From assembly GCF_002156965.1 (NCBI RefSeq), contig NZ_CP021324.1, forward strand, positions 126,988 to 158,987: a stretch of DNA of 32,000 nt. Reading direction: 5' to 3'. Below are positions 30,461-32,000 of the stretch, in pieces (positions within the stretch are counted from its first letter, which is position 1; each line of letters begins with the position of its first letter). Origin of the DNA: Candidatus Nitrosomarinus catalinensis (lineage in GTDB: Archaea > Thermoproteota > Nitrososphaeria > Nitrososphaerales > Nitrosopumilaceae). The notes under the pieces are model-generated. The model made no database searches, had not been told where the DNA came from, and worked only from the letters and a program-made list of their open reading frames with translations. The position numbers and the translations under genes were made by a program.

Positions 30461-31428
30461 TTATTGAGTCAATCGCTATCATTGGTTTTGCAATATTACT
30501 TGATTTGAAATTTGGAGATCCTAAAAACCGTTATCATCCAACAGCTTGGATAGGAACATTCATTGCAAAATTAACTACTATTACAAAAAATCAAAACTCA
30601 ACATTTGAAAAAATTGGAGGCATGATAATGATAATGATTATTTCTAGTGTAGTCATTTTATTGTTGTCTGGTCTAAATTTTGGAATCTCTTTGATTTCTG
30701 TTGATTACATTTCATTAATTTTATCAGTAGTCATAGGTGCATTATTGCTCAAAACAACTATTGCAATTCGTGGAATGGAAAAACATGCAATTAGTGTACT
30801 AGATTCATTGGAGAGTAATGATCTCGATTTAGCTAGAAATTATTTGTCAATGATTGTAAAACGAAATACCACAAAATTGGACAAAAACCACGTACTTTCA
30901 GGCGTACTTGAAAGTATTAGTGAAAATACTGTTGATGGGATTACTGGACCAATGTTTTACTATGCCTTTTTTGGTTTATTTGGTGCATTTGTCTATAGAA
31001 TTATCAATACTGCAGATTCAATGGTTGGATACAAAAATGATATTTTTAAAAATTTAGGATGGTTTACAGCTAAATGTGATACAATCTTAAACTATATTCC
31101 ATCTCGACTTACAGGATTAATTATGGTTATTTCAGCAGCTATTTTACAAAATAATTGGAAAAATTCTTACAAAGTAATGATTCGAGATGGTAAAAAAACT
31201 GAAAGTCCTAATGCTGGATATCCGATGGCTGCATTAGCTGGTGCTTTAGAAACTAAATTTGAAAAAATCAATCATTACAAGCTAGGTGATGGGGAAATTA
31301 TACTAACAAAGGATCATGTTTTATCTGCAATTAAAATTATGAAGTTGACATCAATTCTTTTCTTTGGAATTATTACTATTCCAATAATTTTTGTTTTATC
31401 TATACTTGGATGGTGGCTTTATGTTTAA
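30457..31428 (+). CDS. cbiB: Adenosylcobinamide-phosphate synthase (CbiB/CobD family membrane protein)
   Basis: ILLDLKFGDP..RYHPTAWIG, SENTVDGITGPMFY and NAGYPMAALAGAL are family motifs. It has a 4-nt overlap with cobQ. Confidence 0.85.
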   Translation: MIIESIAIIGFAILLDLKFGDPKNRYHPTAWIGTFIAKLTTITKNQNSTFEKIGGMIMIMIISSVVILLLSGLNFGISLISVDYISLILSVVIGALLLKTTIAIRGMEKHAISVLDSLESNDLDLARNYLSMIVKRNTTKLDKNHVLSGVLESISENTVDGITGPMFYYAFFGLFGAFVYRIINTADSMVGYKNDIFKNLGWFTAKCDTILNYIPSRLTGLIMVISAAILQNNWKNSYKVMIRDGKKTESPNAGYPMAALAGALETKFEKINHYKLGDGEIILTKDHVLSAIKIMKLTSILFFGIITIPIIFVLSILGWWLYV

Positions 31429-32000
31429 AGAAATTGGTTCAGTTTTTTCTTTTTTAACTATTATACCATCATCGAATTCAACATTAGATGAAACTGCAAA
31501 ATACATGTATCTCTTTCCTGTTGTAGGAATAATAATTGGTATTTTAGTTGGTGGTTTTGGTTTTGGTTTATCTTTTCTTTTGGATCCAATACTAGTTAGT
31601 TTTCTTGTAGTTACATCTATTGCAATTTTAACAGGAATTCATCATGCTGATGGTTTAGCTGATTTTGCTGATGGTTTAATGGTAAAAGGAACTAAAGAGA
31701 AAAAACTTAACGCAATGAAGGATCTTTCTACAGGTTCTGCGGGAGTTGTCTCGCTTGTTTTGTATCTTATTGGATTAGTTGTTACAATTTCACTTACAAC
31801 TGGATTTGATTTGTTTAAGGCAATTTTGATTAGTGAAATTTTAGCAAAATTCTCTATGGTTTTATTGGCAAGTTTGGGAAATTCTGCATCAGTAGGCTCG
31901 AATTCATCCTTCATTCAAACTATGAAGGATAAGAAAAAATTGATGCTAGCATTTCTAATTATGATTATTCCTGTTGCTTTACTTGGTGAAACAACTGGAC
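31421..32000 (+). CDS. cobS: Adenosylcobinamide-GDP ribazoletransferase (cobalamin synthase), 3'-truncated by the window edge; not in the supplied track
   Basis: ATG 31421 overlaps the cbiB stop by 8 nt. Hand translation gives MFKEIGSVFSFLTIIPSSN...LFPVVGIIIG...GIHHADGLADFADGLMVKG...KDLSTGSAGVV..., and the HxDGLxDxxDG motif is diagnostic of CobS. The frame is open to the window end. Confidence 0.85.
   Translation, partial: MFKEIGSVFSFLTIIPSSNSTLDETAKYMYLFPVVGIIIGILVGGFGFGLSFLLDPILVSFLVVTSIAILTGIHHADGLADFADGLMVKGTKEKKLNAMKDLSTGSAGVVSLVLYLIGLVVTISLTTGFDLFKAILISEILAKFSMVLLASLGNSASVGSNSSFIQTMKDKKKLMLAFLIMIIPVALLGETTG

Noticed and set aside
1-32000. Mobile elements, integrases, tRNA/rRNA genes, toxin-antitoxin pairs or defence systems
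   Set aside because: No ORF shows transposase, integrase or Cas-like motifs. No intergenic segment is GC-rich or structured enough to look like a tRNA or rRNA in this AT-rich background.

Overview
Very AT-rich, densely packed prokaryotic DNA. The gene content points to a marine ammonia-oxidising thaumarchaeon (Nitrosopumilus-like): archaeal SIS-type PGI/PMI, a split ComD/ComE-style decarboxylase, an MpnS-family dioxygenase and short A/T-rich intergenic promoter regions. This assignment is inference from content only. I saw no rRNA, tRNA, CRISPR array, transposase or integrase.

The window splits into blocks:
- 1-5258: nonulosonic-acid (pseudaminic-acid-like) sugar genes, with DegT aminotransferase, formyltransferase, PIG-L deacetylase, PseG-like, NeuB/PseI-like and PseH-like GNAT.
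- 5306-13979: a complete phosphonate cluster. PEP mutase carries the EDKX5NS signature, phosphonopyruvate decarboxylase is split in two, and there is an Fe-alcohol dehydrogenase and an MpnS/HEPD-family 2-hydroxyethylphosphonate dioxygenase. It also holds a nucleotidyltransferase, two Thr-type alkaline-phosphatase-superfamily 'sulfatases' and a radical SAM/SPASM protein.
- 13990-15984: a secreted sugar-dehydrogenase beta-propeller fused to a pentapeptide-repeat domain.
- 16059-18880: core genes (PGI/PMI, MtnA-like isomerase, DUF59-PqqD fusion).
- 19074-23705: a tightly coupled operon of two xylose-isomerase-like TIM barrels, TatD, a UbiA-like protein and an NPP-type phosphodiesterase. It resembles the bacterial/plastid 'ebo' cluster.
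- 23709-25411: Zn-ADH and SDR.
- 25910-28458: heme O synthase with an Lrp regulator, and asd.
- 28542-32000: a cobalamin late-step operon (cobD, domain-deleted cobQ, cbiB, cobS).

The top leads are the phosphonate cluster, whose dioxygenase carries HEPD-type rather than MpnS-type second-sphere residues, and the archaeal ebo-like operon.
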